Source: Rebecca billardiae RCC1528 (lineage: Eukaryota > Protista > Haptophyta). From it: a stretch of 64,000 nt of DNA. The stretch lies in the NCBI GenBank assembly GCA_965240325.2, contig OZ251231.1, forward strand, positions 1,240,001 through 1,304,000, written 5' to 3'. Below are positions 11,281 to 22,106 of the stretch, piece after piece. Each line of letters begins with the position of its first letter. Position 1 is the first letter of the stretch. The notes under the pieces were generated by a model. It saw nothing but the letters and a program-made list of their open reading frames with translations, searched no databases and was not told the DNA's origin. The position numbers were made by a program, and so were the translations under genes.

Positions 11281-14200
11281 ATGGCGACGCTGGCGGTCTT
11301 CGGTGTTGCTGCCGCCGCGCTCGACGTTGGCGGCGGCGGATGGCAGACCGGCGTGAACATCTCCAGCCTTTGGCTCTGGGAAGACGCGCCCGGCCGCTTC
11401 CGCGGGCGCACGCCGTGCGATGCCTTGGGAGCAGGCATCGTCGGGACGGTCGGGATGACGCAGAGCGCGCGCTTCATTCCGGAGGCTTGCGCGTGGGACA
11501 CGCCGGTGCTCTGGTCGTTCCCCGGCTCGGGAAACACGTGGGTGCGGCACATGCTCGAGCAGGCCACCGGCCTCGCCACGGGCTCCGTGTACAACGACGA
11601 GTCGCTGCGCAAGATCTTCCGCGGCGAGATGCACTGCGCGCATGACACGCTCGTGAACAAGGCGCATGCCGTGCACACGCCGTACGAGGTGCTGCGCGGG
11701 GCGAACGCGAGCGCCGCGGGCCTGCCGTGGCACGGCGCGCGCTCGGCCTCCACGCTCGCGCCGCGCGCGGTGCGCAACACGTACGCTCACTTTGCGCGCA
11801 AGTGCGCCAAGTGGCGCGTGCGCCGGGCGGCCATCATCGACCGCGAACCGTTCGGCGCGATCTGGTCGGAGTACCAGCGGCACTTCTCCGCGGGTGACGA
11901 CGGCGGCCACGTGGCCGTCGTCACGCCAGCCGCGTTCTCGCGCGCGCACTTCGACGCCGCCGCCGTTCGCGCCGCCGCTGACTACGTCGCCGCTTGGGAG
12001 TCGCACCTGGCGTTTGCGCGCGCCGCATCAGCAGCCGGTGCCGAGCGGCGCGGCGCGGTGCTGGGGAGCGCCGGGCGCGCGGGAGCGGGTGGCGGCGGTG
12101 GCGGCGGCGGCGGGCCAGAGCCCGCAGCGCCGGCGGCGGCGCCGTCGACCGCGGCGGTGGTGCTCGTTCCGTTCGCCGACCTCGTGTCGCGCTGCGAGCC
12201 CACCCTCGCGCGGCTGCTCCGCTGGCTCGCCCCGCCGGTGCCGCGGCCGCGGCTGCCAGAGGAGGCCGCGCCCGCGGCCGAGCCGGCGCGCGCGAGCGGC
12301 GGTGCGGCAGAGCGGCTGCTGCTGTCCCGGGCGTCGGCCCACGCCGTCGGCACCGATCCCGCGGGTGATGGTGCCGATGCAGCACGCGACGACGACGGGT
12401 GGCGCGTGCGCGGCGCGTGCGCGTCTCGCGACCGCAAGATCAAACGAGACGGCGCAGTCGCCATGCCTGCGTCTGCCGCGTGGGCGGAGGCGACGGTGTG
12501 CCGTGTGTGGGCCGTGCTCGGCCACGTCGCGAGCGCCCTCGGCCACGCGCCGCGCGAGGGCGCGCGCTGTGCGCACAGGTACGAGCTGGCCGAGCAGCTC
12601 GCCGCGCGCGCCGCCGCCCACTCGCCGGACGGCCGCACGGTCGTGCTCACGTTTGCGAGCAACTCGCGCGGCGAGCTGGACGTGTTACTCAACTGGGTAC
12701 TCTCGGCATTAATGGCGCCCGCGCCGCAGCGGCCCGGCGCGGCCGGAGGCGCGGATGGCGGCTCGGCGGCCGCGGCGCAGCAGGCACGGGCTGCGCGCCG
12801 GGGCGGCGGCGTGCAGGGCGAGTCGGAGCCCGCGCCGACGCACCTCGGCGCCGCGCTGCTGCGCCCTCTGCTGATTGGAGCCCTAGACTGGGAGGCTCAC
12901 GACGCGCTGGCCGCGCTCGGCGCGCCGGTGCTTCCGCTCGCGCCGACGTTCCCCACGGGCGAGCTGCGAGCGCACGAGGGCGCGCGCCGGCTGGACGGCG
13001 TGCGGCTTGAGCGGCTGCGCCTCACGCGGCACCTGCTCGGCCGGGGCTACGCGGTCCTGCTCACAGAGCCCGGACTCACCTGGGAGCGGCCGGACTTGCT
13101 CAGCCGCACGCTCGAGCTCGCGCGCGCACACAGACTTGACGCTCTGTTGCTCGGGCGTGGCTCCGCGGTGGCGAGCGGCGCGGAGGAGGAGGACGCGGGC
13201 GAAGGCGGCGGGGGCGGCCGGCCGCTCGGGCGCGCCTCGTCCTCAGCACGCCGTGATGCTGCCCCGCCCATCTCGCACGGCCTCGCTCTATACAACCCAA
13301 CGCCCGCCGCCCGCGCGCTGCTGGCCAGTGCCGAGGCGCGCGCGCTGCAGTGTGGCTCGGACGAGCAGGCGGTGGCCGAGCTGCTGAGCTGGGAGGGTCT
13401 TGGGGCGTCGGCACGGCGCGGTGGCGCGCGCGCCGTGCCGTCCCATCGCGCCGCGGCAGACGCGCCAGCCTGGCTGGACGTGCGCACAGTGCAGCTGCCC
13501 ACGGCTGCTGCTGATGATGATCGGCTGAGTGTCGGGATTGCGGAGCCGGACACGTCGGCGCTCGTGTACACCGCCGCGGCGGAGGCGGCGGACGGCGCAC
13601 TCCGAGCCACCGCGCCGCGCGAGGCTCACGCTCCTCACGGCGCGGCGGCAGCGGTGCACACAGCACGGGGCGGCGCTGCCGAGGCTGTGGCGAGCGCGAC
13701 GCGCGGCGCGCTGCGCGCGGCCGGCCGTTGGCGACTCCCTTCACGCTGGCGTCAGCTGCTCGCCAACGCGCACGCCCGCGCCCATGCCGGGCCGACGGGC
13801 GCGCCGCCACGCGGCGCGGCCGCACGCGCTGGAGTGCCCGGCGAGTCCCCTCCGCCTGCACCGGACCCGCTCGAGGCGCCGCCGCGGCCCGCGCCCGGCG
13901 TGCCATCCGCGCGGCGCGCCGCAGGGTTTGAGCACACGCTTGGAGCGCTCGCGCGCGCCGCCGCAGCGGTCGACCTCTCGGTCGTCGTCTCGGCGGGCTG
14001 GCTGCTCGGGCCCGCGGCTGCGCAGGCGGCGAGCGCCGGCCAAGGCGAGCACCCAACGGTGCCGGGCGCGCCCGTGCCGCCCAGCCCGGCCGACACCAGC
14101 GCTGCCCTCCGCCGCCTGGCTATGGACCTGGGCGCCGGCGCGCGTGCGCACAGGCTGAGGCTCGAGCTCATCGTCGGCGTCTGGCGCCCGCTCCCCCGCG

Positions 14201-16578
14201 CACCCGCGGGGCCGACGCCGGCAGAGGCGAGCGAGGGCGACCAAGATGCCACCCAGGAGGGTGTGAGCGCGGCCGCGCTCGCGCGCGCGGCCGCGGCCGC
14301 GAGCCACGGCGGAGACCTCGCAGTGCGAGTGGTGCACGTGAGCGCGAGCTCGCGGACGGTTTTGCTCCGGCGCGCGCCGGCGGCGCTCTGGTTGGACTCG
14401 GCGGCGCTGAACGCCGGGATACGCCTCGCCGCCGCCGAGCACGTGCTCTGCCTCGGGCTGAACGCGCGGCTGCTCCCAGCCGCGTTCGATGCGATTGCGC
14501 GCGCGCTGCCGCCCCTGCCGCCGGCCGCCGTCGGCGAGGCTGCAGGAGGCGGCGCGGAGCGCGCGCACATCGTGGGCGCGTGCGCCCTGCGCTCCGTGCG
14601 CACCGTGGCCGAGCTCAGCGCACTGCCACTCCCGCTCGGCGGCGGCGGCGGCACAGCGGCTGCAGCCGCTCGGGAGGGCTCGGCCGCGCCGGCGGACAAC
14701 AACACCGCCGCTCCAGCGCCTCGCGAGCTCGCGGAGGGCCTCGCGCGCTGCGCGCGCGCGCGCGCCGAGCCGACCGGTGCCGTGGGTGTGCTGCTGCCCG
14801 CGCGCGCGTGGCACGCGGCGCGCGGTGTGCCGGAGGCGGTCGCGCTCGCGCCGCACGCCGACCTCTTGCTCGGCCACCGGCTGGCCGCGCAAGGCGTCGG
14901 CGTGAGCTGGCTCGGATGCGAGCCGGGCCCGGCGGCGTGCGCGCTCGCCGCCGGCCGGCAGTTTGCCCGCTGGTGGCGAATCGGCCCGGCAGCAAACGGC
15001 AAGCTGGACGAGGCGCACGCCTCCGACACCGCGCGCGCGGAGCCGTTCATCTCGCCCATGCACTTCGCCTCGGACCTCGCCGTTCTCCGCGCCGCGCGAG
15101 CGAGCGCGGGCGCTGAGCTGTCGTGCGCCTGGGGCTTGGTAGGGCACGCCGTGGACGTGGACGCGTCGGCTGGCGCCGCGCGCCGTCTTGGCTTGGACGG
15201 CGCCGCCGCCGGCGCCGAGGATCCGGCGCTGGCTCGCGTCGGCGCCGGTGGCCGCGGCCGCGACGTGAGCGGCGGTGGCGGCGGCGGCACACGCGCGCAC
15301 GTCCGCGTGCCCGAGCTCACCCACTCGGCGGATGACGCGGCGCGCGGCGGCGCCGGTGGGGATCAGTGCTGGTCGGCGGCTCGGCAGCGCGCGGCGTGGC
15401 GCGAATGGAGCGCTGACGCGTCGCACGCGTCGCCGCTGCTCGTCGTGCAGGTGGAGGGCGGCCTCGGCAACCGGCTGCGCGCCTTCGCCTCCGGCTGGGC
15501 CCTCGCCGACCGCCTCGGCTCCCGGCTCGTCGTCATCTGGCCGGTCAACATCGAGTGCGCCGCTCGGTACGACGACCTCTTCTCGCGCAACGCGAGCGTG
15601 CTTGTGCTTGACCGGCGCCCGCCGGCGTGGCCCGCGCGCGACTTCGCCGAGTACGACGGGATCGCGGCGGGCGCGCGCGTGCGGCTCAGCGCGGCGCACT
15701 CGCGCCAGCGCAGCGTCTTCGTGCGCACGCAGGACTTCGTCACGAGCGCAACCAGGCGGTACTCACTTCAAGAGTACGCGGAGCGCATGGCGTGGCTCGC
15801 GCCTCGGCCCGAGCTGGCGGCGCTGGCGGAGCACTTCGAGCGCGCCGCGAGGCTGCCCGCGGTGATCGGCGCGCACGTGCGCATGCAGGGCGACGAGGGG
15901 CGGCACGTCTTCGGCCTGACGGGCGCGGGCGCGGCCGACATGCGCGCGGTGCACGGCGCCGCGGAGCTGAAGAACTTCAACCTGGGCGACGCGAGCGCGA
16001 GCGCGGGCCTGCGCGCGCGGCGCGCGGCGTGCGGCTGGGCGACGGCGTTCGCGCCGGCGCTGCGCTCGCTCGCGCGCGCGCAGCCCTCGCGCCGCTTCCT
16101 CGTCGCGTGCGACGCGGACGGGTGCGTCGACGGCCTGCGCGATGCAGTCGGCCGCGCCGACAGCGTGCTGGCACTGCGCGACATGTTCGCGCCCGGGCTC
16201 GCGCGCGCGTGCGCGTCCGACTCGCGCTCGGCGTTGTGCCAGAGGCTCGCGCTGCTCGAGCTGCAGCTCCTCTCGCGCACGGAGCACCTCCTGATCAGCC
16301 AGCCCTCGTCGTTCTCCGACGCGGCGCGCTTCTTGGCATACGGCCGATGGCTCACCACGCGGCGCGTCTCGCGCGGCCTGCCGCGGCTCACAGGCCCGTT
16401 CGGCGTGCGCTCGACGATCATGTGCGGCAGGCCGGCCAACTTCAAGGCGATCATGCTGATGGAGGGCCAGCCGCTTCGGCAGACCAACCTGTCCATCGCG
16501 CAGCTCGTCGAGCGCGTACGCGGCGCCGCCCGATCCGCCGCGATGCGGCCGCGGGTTCGTCTGCCTGCGCGCGGATGA
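11281..16578 (+). CDS. Multidomain glycan-modifying protein: WSCD-like sulfotransferase, GT77-like, GT2-like and fucosyltransferase-like domains
   Basis: One uninterrupted ORF of 1765 aa. Sulfotransferase: LWSFPGSGNTWVRHMLEQATG. GT77-like: VVLTFA..LLNW..LLIGALD..LLGRGYAVLL..GRW. GT2-like: ALNAGIRLAAAEHVL..AWHAARGVPE. Fucosyltransferase: GGLGNRLRA, IGAHVRMQGD, LVACD, LELQLLSRTEHLLISQPSSFS. Confidence 0.8.
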   Translation: MATLAVFGVAAAALDVGGGGWQTGVNISSLWLWEDAPGRFRGRTPCDALGAGIVGTVGMTQSARFIPEACAWDTPVLWSFPGSGNTWVRHMLEQATGLATGSVYNDESLRKIFRGEMHCAHDTLVNKAHAVHTPYEVLRGANASAAGLPWHGARSASTLAPRAVRNTYAHFARKCAKWRVRRAAIIDREPFGAIWSEYQRHFSAGDDGGHVAVVTPAAFSRAHFDAAAVRAAADYVAAWESHLAFARAASAAGAERRGAVLGSAGRAGAGGGGGGGGGPEPAAPAAAPSTAAVVLVPFADLVSRCEPTLARLLRWLAPPVPRPRLPEEAAPAAEPARASGGAAERLLLSRASAHAVGTDPAGDGADAARDDDGWRVRGACASRDRKIKRDGAVAMPASAAWAEATVCRVWAVLGHVASALGHAPREGARCAHRYELAEQLAARAAAHSPDGRTVVLTFASNSRGELDVLLNWVLSALMAPAPQRPGAAGGADGGSAAAAQQARAARRGGGVQGESEPAPTHLGAALLRPLLIGALDWEAHDALAALGAPVLPLAPTFPTGELRAHEGARRLDGVRLERLRLTRHLLGRGYAVLLTEPGLTWERPDLLSRTLELARAHRLDALLLGRGSAVASGAEEEDAGEGGGGGRPLGRASSSARRDAAPPISHGLALYNPTPAARALLASAEARALQCGSDEQAVAELLSWEGLGASARRGGARAVPSHRAAADAPAWLDVRTVQLPTAAADDDRLSVGIAEPDTSALVYTAAAEAADGALRATAPREAHAPHGAAAAVHTARGGAAEAVASATRGALRAAGRWRLPSRWRQLLANAHARAHAGPTGAPPRGAAARAGVPGESPPPAPDPLEAPPRPAPGVPSARRAAGFEHTLGALARAAAAVDLSVVVSAGWLLGPAAAQAASAGQGEHPTVPGAPVPPSPADTSAALRRLAMDLGAGARAHRLRLELIVGVWRPLPRAPAGPTPAEASEGDQDATQEGVSAAALARAAAAASHGGDLAVRVVHVSASSRTVLLRRAPAALWLDSAALNAGIRLAAAEHVLCLGLNARLLPAAFDAIARALPPLPPAAVGEAAGGGAERAHIVGACALRSVRTVAELSALPLPLGGGGGTAAAAAREGSAAPADNNTAAPAPRELAEGLARCARARAEPTGAVGVLLPARAWHAARGVPEAVALAPHADLLLGHRLAAQGVGVSWLGCEPGPAACALAAGRQFARWWRIGPAANGKLDEAHASDTARAEPFISPMHFASDLAVLRAARASAGAELSCAWGLVGHAVDVDASAGAARRLGLDGAAAGAEDPALARVGAGGRGRDVSGGGGGGTRAHVRVPELTHSADDAARGGAGGDQCWSAARQRAAWREWSADASHASPLLVVQVEGGLGNRLRAFASGWALADRLGSRLVVIWPVNIECAARYDDLFSRNASVLVLDRRPPAWPARDFAEYDGIAAGARVRLSAAHSRQRSVFVRTQDFVTSATRRYSLQEYAERMAWLAPRPELAALAEHFERAARLPAVIGAHVRMQGDEGRHVFGLTGAGAADMRAVHGAAELKNFNLGDASASAGLRARRAACGWATAFAPALRSLARAQPSRRFLVACDADGCVDGLRDAVGRADSVLALRDMFAPGLARACASDSRSALCQRLALLELQLLSRTEHLLISQPSSFSDAARFLAYGRWLTTRRVSRGLPRLTGPFGVRSTIMCGRPANFKAIMLMEGQPLRQTNLSIAQLVERVRGAARSAAMRPRVRLPARG

Positions 16579-16814
16579 GCGCTCTGCAACGGCCCGAGCC
16601 GGCTGCGCACCGGCGTGCAGAGCGCACCGGCGATGCAGGACGTCTCGCGCACGCTGCCGGGTCCGAGCCTCGGGTGGGGCAAAGATGACATCCACCTTGA
16701 TGCTCACCGTAGTACTACGCCGCCATCGTGACTCGGAACGAGATCTCGAGATCGCGATGCCACGCGGACGTGCCAGCAAGGGCTGCCGTCGTCGTCACGC
16801 GGCCACGTGAAACC

Positions 16815-17684
16815 ATGGAGGGGGCGCAAGGTCACGTCGACGTCACGCGAGCGCTGCGTGAGGCCATCGGCGCGGCCAAGGCCACAGACGTGGCTGAGGG
16901 GCAGAAGCAATTCGATCTCAGCGAAGCCCGCAAGCTGCACCGCGAGCTGGGCGCCTTGCTCGACGCACGCACCGTGTCGGCCGCGCATCGCGATGCAGAG
17001 GCCGATGCGGCGGTCGTCACATCCAACGGCAAGCACGGGCTGGGCGAGCAGACGGTGGTGGACGCTGTGCACGCGCTGCGGCGCGGCGAGATCATCGTCG
17101 TCACAGACGACGAGGATCGCGAGAACGAGGGCGACCTCATCTTCGCCGCGGAGCACGCGACTGCCGAGACGGTTGCGTTCACGGTGCGATACACGTCGGG
17201 TGTCATCTGCGCGAGCATGCCTCCCGAGCGGATCGACGAGCTGAAGCTCCCGCCGATGGTGTCGCTGAACGAGGACCCGAAGGGCACGGCCTTCACCGTC
17301 TCCGTCGACGCGCGCGAGGGCACGACCACGGGGATCTCGGCGGGCGATCGCGCGATCACACTGCGGCAGCTCGCGGACCCGGCGCGCGGCGCGGCCGACT
17401 TCAACCGGCCGGGGCACGTGTTCCCGCTGCGCTGCCGCGAGGGCGGCGTGCTCGCGAGGGAAGGGCACACGGAGGCGACCGTCGACTTCATGCTCCTCGC
17501 CGGCCTGCGGCCGTGCGGCGCGCTCTGCGAGATCGTCTCAGCCGACTCGGTCTCGATGGCGCGCATGCCGGAGCTGCGGCAGTTTGCGCGCGAGCACGGG
17601 CTCGTGCTCACCACCATCGCTGACCTCGTCGCGTACCGCTCGGCGCACGGGATGGAGCGCGAGATCAGGCCCATCGCCGAGTAG
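16815..17684 (+). CDS. ribB: 3,4-dihydroxy-2-butanone 4-phosphate synthase (stand-alone; riboflavin synthesis)
   Basis: Motifs VTDDEDRENEGDL, TSGVIC, TAFTVSVDA, TTGISAGDR, RPGHVFPL, GHTEA and LCEIV. Confidence 0.96.
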   Translation: MEGAQGHVDVTRALREAIGAAKATDVAEGQKQFDLSEARKLHRELGALLDARTVSAAHRDAEADAAVVTSNGKHGLGEQTVVDAVHALRRGEIIVVTDDEDRENEGDLIFAAEHATAETVAFTVRYTSGVICASMPPERIDELKLPPMVSLNEDPKGTAFTVSVDAREGTTTGISAGDRAITLRQLADPARGAADFNRPGHVFPLRCREGGVLAREGHTEATVDFMLLAGLRPCGALCEIVSADSVSMARMPELRQFAREHGLVLTTIADLVAYRSAHGMEREIRPIAE

Positions 17685-18201
17685 CGCGCGACGCGGCGCC
17701 CCGCAGCGCGCGCGCGCCTGCCGCTCGTCCCGACGGATGTGCCCGCGCCATGCTGCCACGGGCTCGACCCAGCTTTTCAGCTTTTCTCCTTCGTCACCGC
17801 GGCCCGACCCGCAACGGTGACCGTGTCTGAGACAGCTCGCACACGCCATCGCGTCCTGCACCGCCCGCAGCTGCCACTTTTTGCGATAGACCGCCGAACA
17901 GAAGTTAGTAGAGCCGTAATCGCAGTTCTTAGATCACTACGACATCAAATCTGATGCCACACTGACACTGTGCGCGGCTGTGGCAGTTACTGAGTCTGAG
18001 ACAGGCAGTTGGCTGGCGAGTGACTGTGAGCCCGCGGCGGGGCGCCGTCTGGGCGTCGTCTGGCGACTCTGGGCCTGGCGTCTCGGAAGTGACTTTCAGT
18101 CATCGCCCACATCGGAGAGTAAACGGCAAAACGCCAACCGGCCCGATCACACGGCTGTTCAAGTCCGAAGATCGTGATGATCTCTCTCTCGGTCTCTAGT
18201 C

Positions 18202-18209
<8 letters not shown>

Positions 18210-18261
<52 letters not shown>
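18210..18261. repeat. (TC)n microsatellite, about 26 units
   Basis: Uninterrupted TC run read directly from the sequence. Confidence 0.97.
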
Positions 18262-18264
<3 letters not shown>

Positions 18265-18387
18265 GTCATTATTATTATGATACCACTCACTACGACCAGC
18301 TGCGCGCCGAGCCACAGTCGGCTGTGATCCGGCGCCGTCAGGCCATCAGCGTCAAGATCGTGACGATCAAAGTTACCGCCATCACCG

Positions 18388-19012
18388 CAGTTAATTAATA
18401 AGAGACGCACACAGCTCAGGCAGGCGAGATTGACGCCCGCCAACTGTCACCGCCCATGAAGCCGTCGCCGATGGTAGCGCCGCCGGAAAAATTCGTTCAG
18501 CCGTCCGCCTGCGAGGCCTGGATGAGGGCTGCGGCCGCCTCGCGGCGCGCCAGCGCCCGTCGTCCTCGCCCCACCGTCGTCCACAAAACGTCGTCGTCCG
18601 AACTCGCCGACTGGGCGCCTATGCGACGCCACACTGGGGCACATATCACCTGAGGGCCAGGCCTTCTGTGTGATAAGCTACCCCAGTCATGCCGCTTGAT
18701 ACACACCTTCCCCAACCGACAGTGGGGCTCTACATTCCCTACTACATCCTCATCCTGTCGGCGCGCTGTCGCATAGGCGCCCAGTCGGCGCGAGTTCGGA
18801 CGACGACGTTTTGTGGACGACGGTGGGGCGAGGACGACGGCCGCTGGCGCGCCGCGAGGTGGCCGCAGCCCTCATCCAGGCCTCGCAGGCGGACGGCTGA
18901 ACGAATTTTTCCGGCGGCGCTACCATCGGCGACGGCTTCATGGGCGGTGACAGTTGGCGGGCGTCAATCTCGCCTGCCTGAGCTGTGTGCGTCTCTTATT
19001 CTTAGTAAACTG
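18388..19012. mobile_element. Foldback/MITE element with about 230-bp inverted arms
   Basis: 18397-18627 is the reverse complement of 18768-19000, with 2 substitutions and one 2-bp indel, around a 140-bp spacer. The right end is TAGTAAACTG followed by TA. The left tip is degenerate (CAGTTAATT). Confidence 0.88.
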
Positions 19013-20498
19013 TACCAAGCTACCAGCTGCGCGCCGAGCCAGGCTCACCTCATCGGTCTGATCCGCTGCTGACGACACGGAGCAGCAGTCAGCCAGTCCC
19101 CATGGACGACCTGCTCGACGTGAATGCACGGCTGCCCGAGGGGCTGTCGGACGGCTGGTTGCGCCTCTACGTCCGCCTTTGGCGTGAGGCAGCAAGCTCA
19201 TCTCCGCCGACGGCCCCCCGCGCGCGGTGCACATCTCCCGCATGCCAGATGGGAGTGTCCGTCTGACGGTGTCTGTGAGGCAGCCTGACCCGCAAGGGCC
19301 TGATGCTTCTCCACAGGGAACCCCCGCTGGTGGCAGCCAGCGGTGAGGGAGGTGGTGGTGTGCCTCCTAATGCTCCCCCGCATCCCGCCCCGCGCCGAGC
19401 GAGCAAGTTGGCTCTGCCGGCGCGCCCGCTCGCCGCGCAGGGCTCGGGTACTGGAGCGCGGGCTGCAGACGGCGAGCAGCAGCACTCTCAGAAGCGGAAG
19501 AAGAAGCCTTGGCGCGGGAAGCGCATGCCTCGGCGTGACGCGCAGGCCAGACGGATTAGGTCCCCATCGAGCCGCCGCACCTCGTCGCGGCGCGCCAGAG
19601 AAACGCCAGGAGTGCAAGGTGGTGCGGCTGGCGGCCTCTCAGCCCGCAGCATCTGCGCGTGCCCCCGCTGCTGCCCCCCACGCCGACCGAGACTCGTCCA
19701 TGGACGATGACTCGGACGACGAGGACGCGCAGCAGTCGGGGGCAAAGCGTTCCCTGCACGCCGCAGCAGCGCCAGCTGCTGCTAGCAAGCCCGCTGAGCA
19801 GAGCGGCAAGCGCGCACGCGGCCGCGCAGGGCACACGGGGACGATTACATCACCGCTGGACCACCCGCCAGGGCCCAGCGGCTGAGACGGCCGTCCGCCA
19901 TCCGGTCCTACACCCTCGCCCCTGATCAGGGCGCAGCAGGCCCATGCGAGCTGCGCAGCGCAGGTGGATCGCCGGGCGGAGCTCTTCCACCAACGCCGAC
20001 TTGGCGCGGGACGAGGAATCGCGGCTTCGGAAACGCGACCACAGTTGGACTACTGCGGGACTGCCCGATTCTGGCGGCGGAAGACGGCATTCATCATCGC
20101 GAAGGCGCGAAAATTAATGACAGCCGCCAGCCGGTACGCCGCTGTGAATCACCGCCGCCGGTCGGCGTCGACAGGTTCAGGTGAAGCTTGAAAGCTACGA
20201 AACTCGGCTCACATTGGGCTCACTAACTAACTAACTACGTCGCTAGTGAACTGAAAGCCGATTAGAGCTAGTACTATTGGCAGCAGTCACGTGATGGGTG
20301 GATGCGCAGACGACAATGGCAGGATGTGTGCGAGCGTGTGCAAGACGGGAGCACGTTGTCACAAAGGTGCATGCTGGCAACTGACTGAGTGCATGTGCAA
20401 ATTGTGCAGGTGACTGCGGGACACGAGCGGGCGGACGGGGCTGAGAGTGCGGCTGAGCTGAGTGCGGCGGGAGGCGCGGAGGCGAGCCTTGTCCGGGT

Positions 20499-21444
20499 TC
20501 ATCCCACCGCCTGGGGCGACGTGCGCCGATTGGGAGCTGGCGGCACGAGCGCGCTAGCCTTTGCGCTGAGGTTGGAAAGCCACTTGCTCGTCCACGAGCC
20601 CGAGGTGTTCTCCAACAAGCCGCGTAGCAGCGGGGGCGAGCGCCGGGTCGGCGCGGGTGGAGAGAGGCTGTCCGCGCTGCCGAGGGTGTGCATCGCCTCG
20701 GGCTGTCTAGGGGATGCGGCGAAGTCCTGCGGGCGGGCAGGAGGGCGGCGGAGGGCGGAGAACAATAAGGGCACAGACGCGCTCGCGCGCGCTCGCGCGT
20801 GGGGCGCGCGCCGCCGCCGCCGCCGCCGCCCGGCGCGGCAGCCGCGCGCGAGCACACACCCTGAAGACCTGAAGGCACTCAAACTCGTCGAGCCATCGCC
20901 ACGCGACCCGGCTGGCGAGCTCGGCCACAGCGGCGTGCTCGTCGGCGCTGACGATTGTGCCCTCGTGGACAGACAGAATGGAGAGCACGCGGAACTCGAG
21001 CTGGCACATCTGCGCCGGCTCGACCGACAGGGCCGCCGCGATCATCGCGAGCAGATCTGTGAAAGGGGCGTCGTTCAGCAGCTTCTCCGCGATGACGCAC
21101 GCGACGAGGAGGTTGGGGCCCAGCTCCTCGGGCGAGATCGGCGGGAGCTGGATGACACGGTCGCACGCTGACACCAGCCGCGCGGTGAGCGCCATGCCCA
21201 ACAGCAGCGAGTCCGAGTGGATATCGCGCAACACGTCCATGATCCCGGCCGCATTCGCGGCCGGGCACACCGCGCGCAGCATGTACTGCAGGCCGAGCTC
21301 GAGCGGCGTGCGCTGGTGTGGAGCTGCCGCCGGTGCGCCTGCGGGCGCCGCCGCTGGCGCCGCCATGGGCGCCCCGTCGGGGGCGCGCACACCCCACTCG
21401 GCGGGTATGCTTGCAGGAGGGAGTTGTGGAGGAGGCAGCGTCAT
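20499..21444 (-). CDS. Cyclin, P/U-type (Pho80-like); one intron 20727-20859
   Basis: Cyclin box LLVACVIAEKLLNDAPF..IAAALSVEPAQMCQLEFRVLSIL. A GTGTGT..CCCGCAG phase-0 intron joins VFR to DFAAS. The start codon is uncertain. Confidence 0.72.
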
Positions 21445-22106
21445 GGGGCTGCTGCACTGGTGCACTTCCAGTCACGCCCCCACCGGCGCACCTACTCCCC
21501 AAGCCTGAAAAGGGGACCCTCAACGCCGGCGGTTTGAGCTCTCGTTGATTGAGTTGGGTGCCTGAGCAGCACGTGACGCGTGAACTTTCAGTGGCGCCGA
21601 TCCCCGCGTGTACTCACACGTTCTCAACGCTGTCGGTCGCGTGGCTTCCGCGGGGCGCGATTCGGCGGCACACCATCAACGTGACGCAGCACGGGTTGGA
21701 ACACGTGCGCTAAGATTCCTTGAATACTTACAGCTCCAAAATCTCCCGCCACTGCATAGTAATCACCCTGCGTAATTGGGTAATCTCACAGCACCTCAGA
21801 TTTCACTGCAATCGATTAGGTACGGATATGGACACAAGGCTCCCAAACCTTAAACAAATACCATCCTCATCAACCACGTTTCGTCATACACTCTCGCCCT
21901 GAAACTTGACTACTGTAGGGGGGTACTCCATGTGTACTCAGATACTCCGGATTTACCTCGCTCACGAATAGGTGAGACCCAATTGACTTGAATGAAACAT
22001 GGGTAACCCAGAGCTGGAATTTCGAATAGAGTCGTTCGTCAAACATTAATAATATAAATACTCGCGGGTCTGATGACCAAAAAAATATTCTACGGATCAA
22101 CGATTC

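Noticed and set aside
18986-19015. Resemblance of GTCTCTTAT to the Tn5/Nextera mosaic end
   Set aside because: Only 9 bp are shared, the rest differs, and the motif is part of a long genomic inverted repeat.
19030-20190. Possible retroelement ORF1 remnant with basic and acidic patches
   Set aside because: No RT, endonuclease or Zn-knuckle motif, and the frames are inconsistent.
21715-22045. AT-rich island with a weak terminal inverted match
   Set aside because: The match is too degenerate to call an element.
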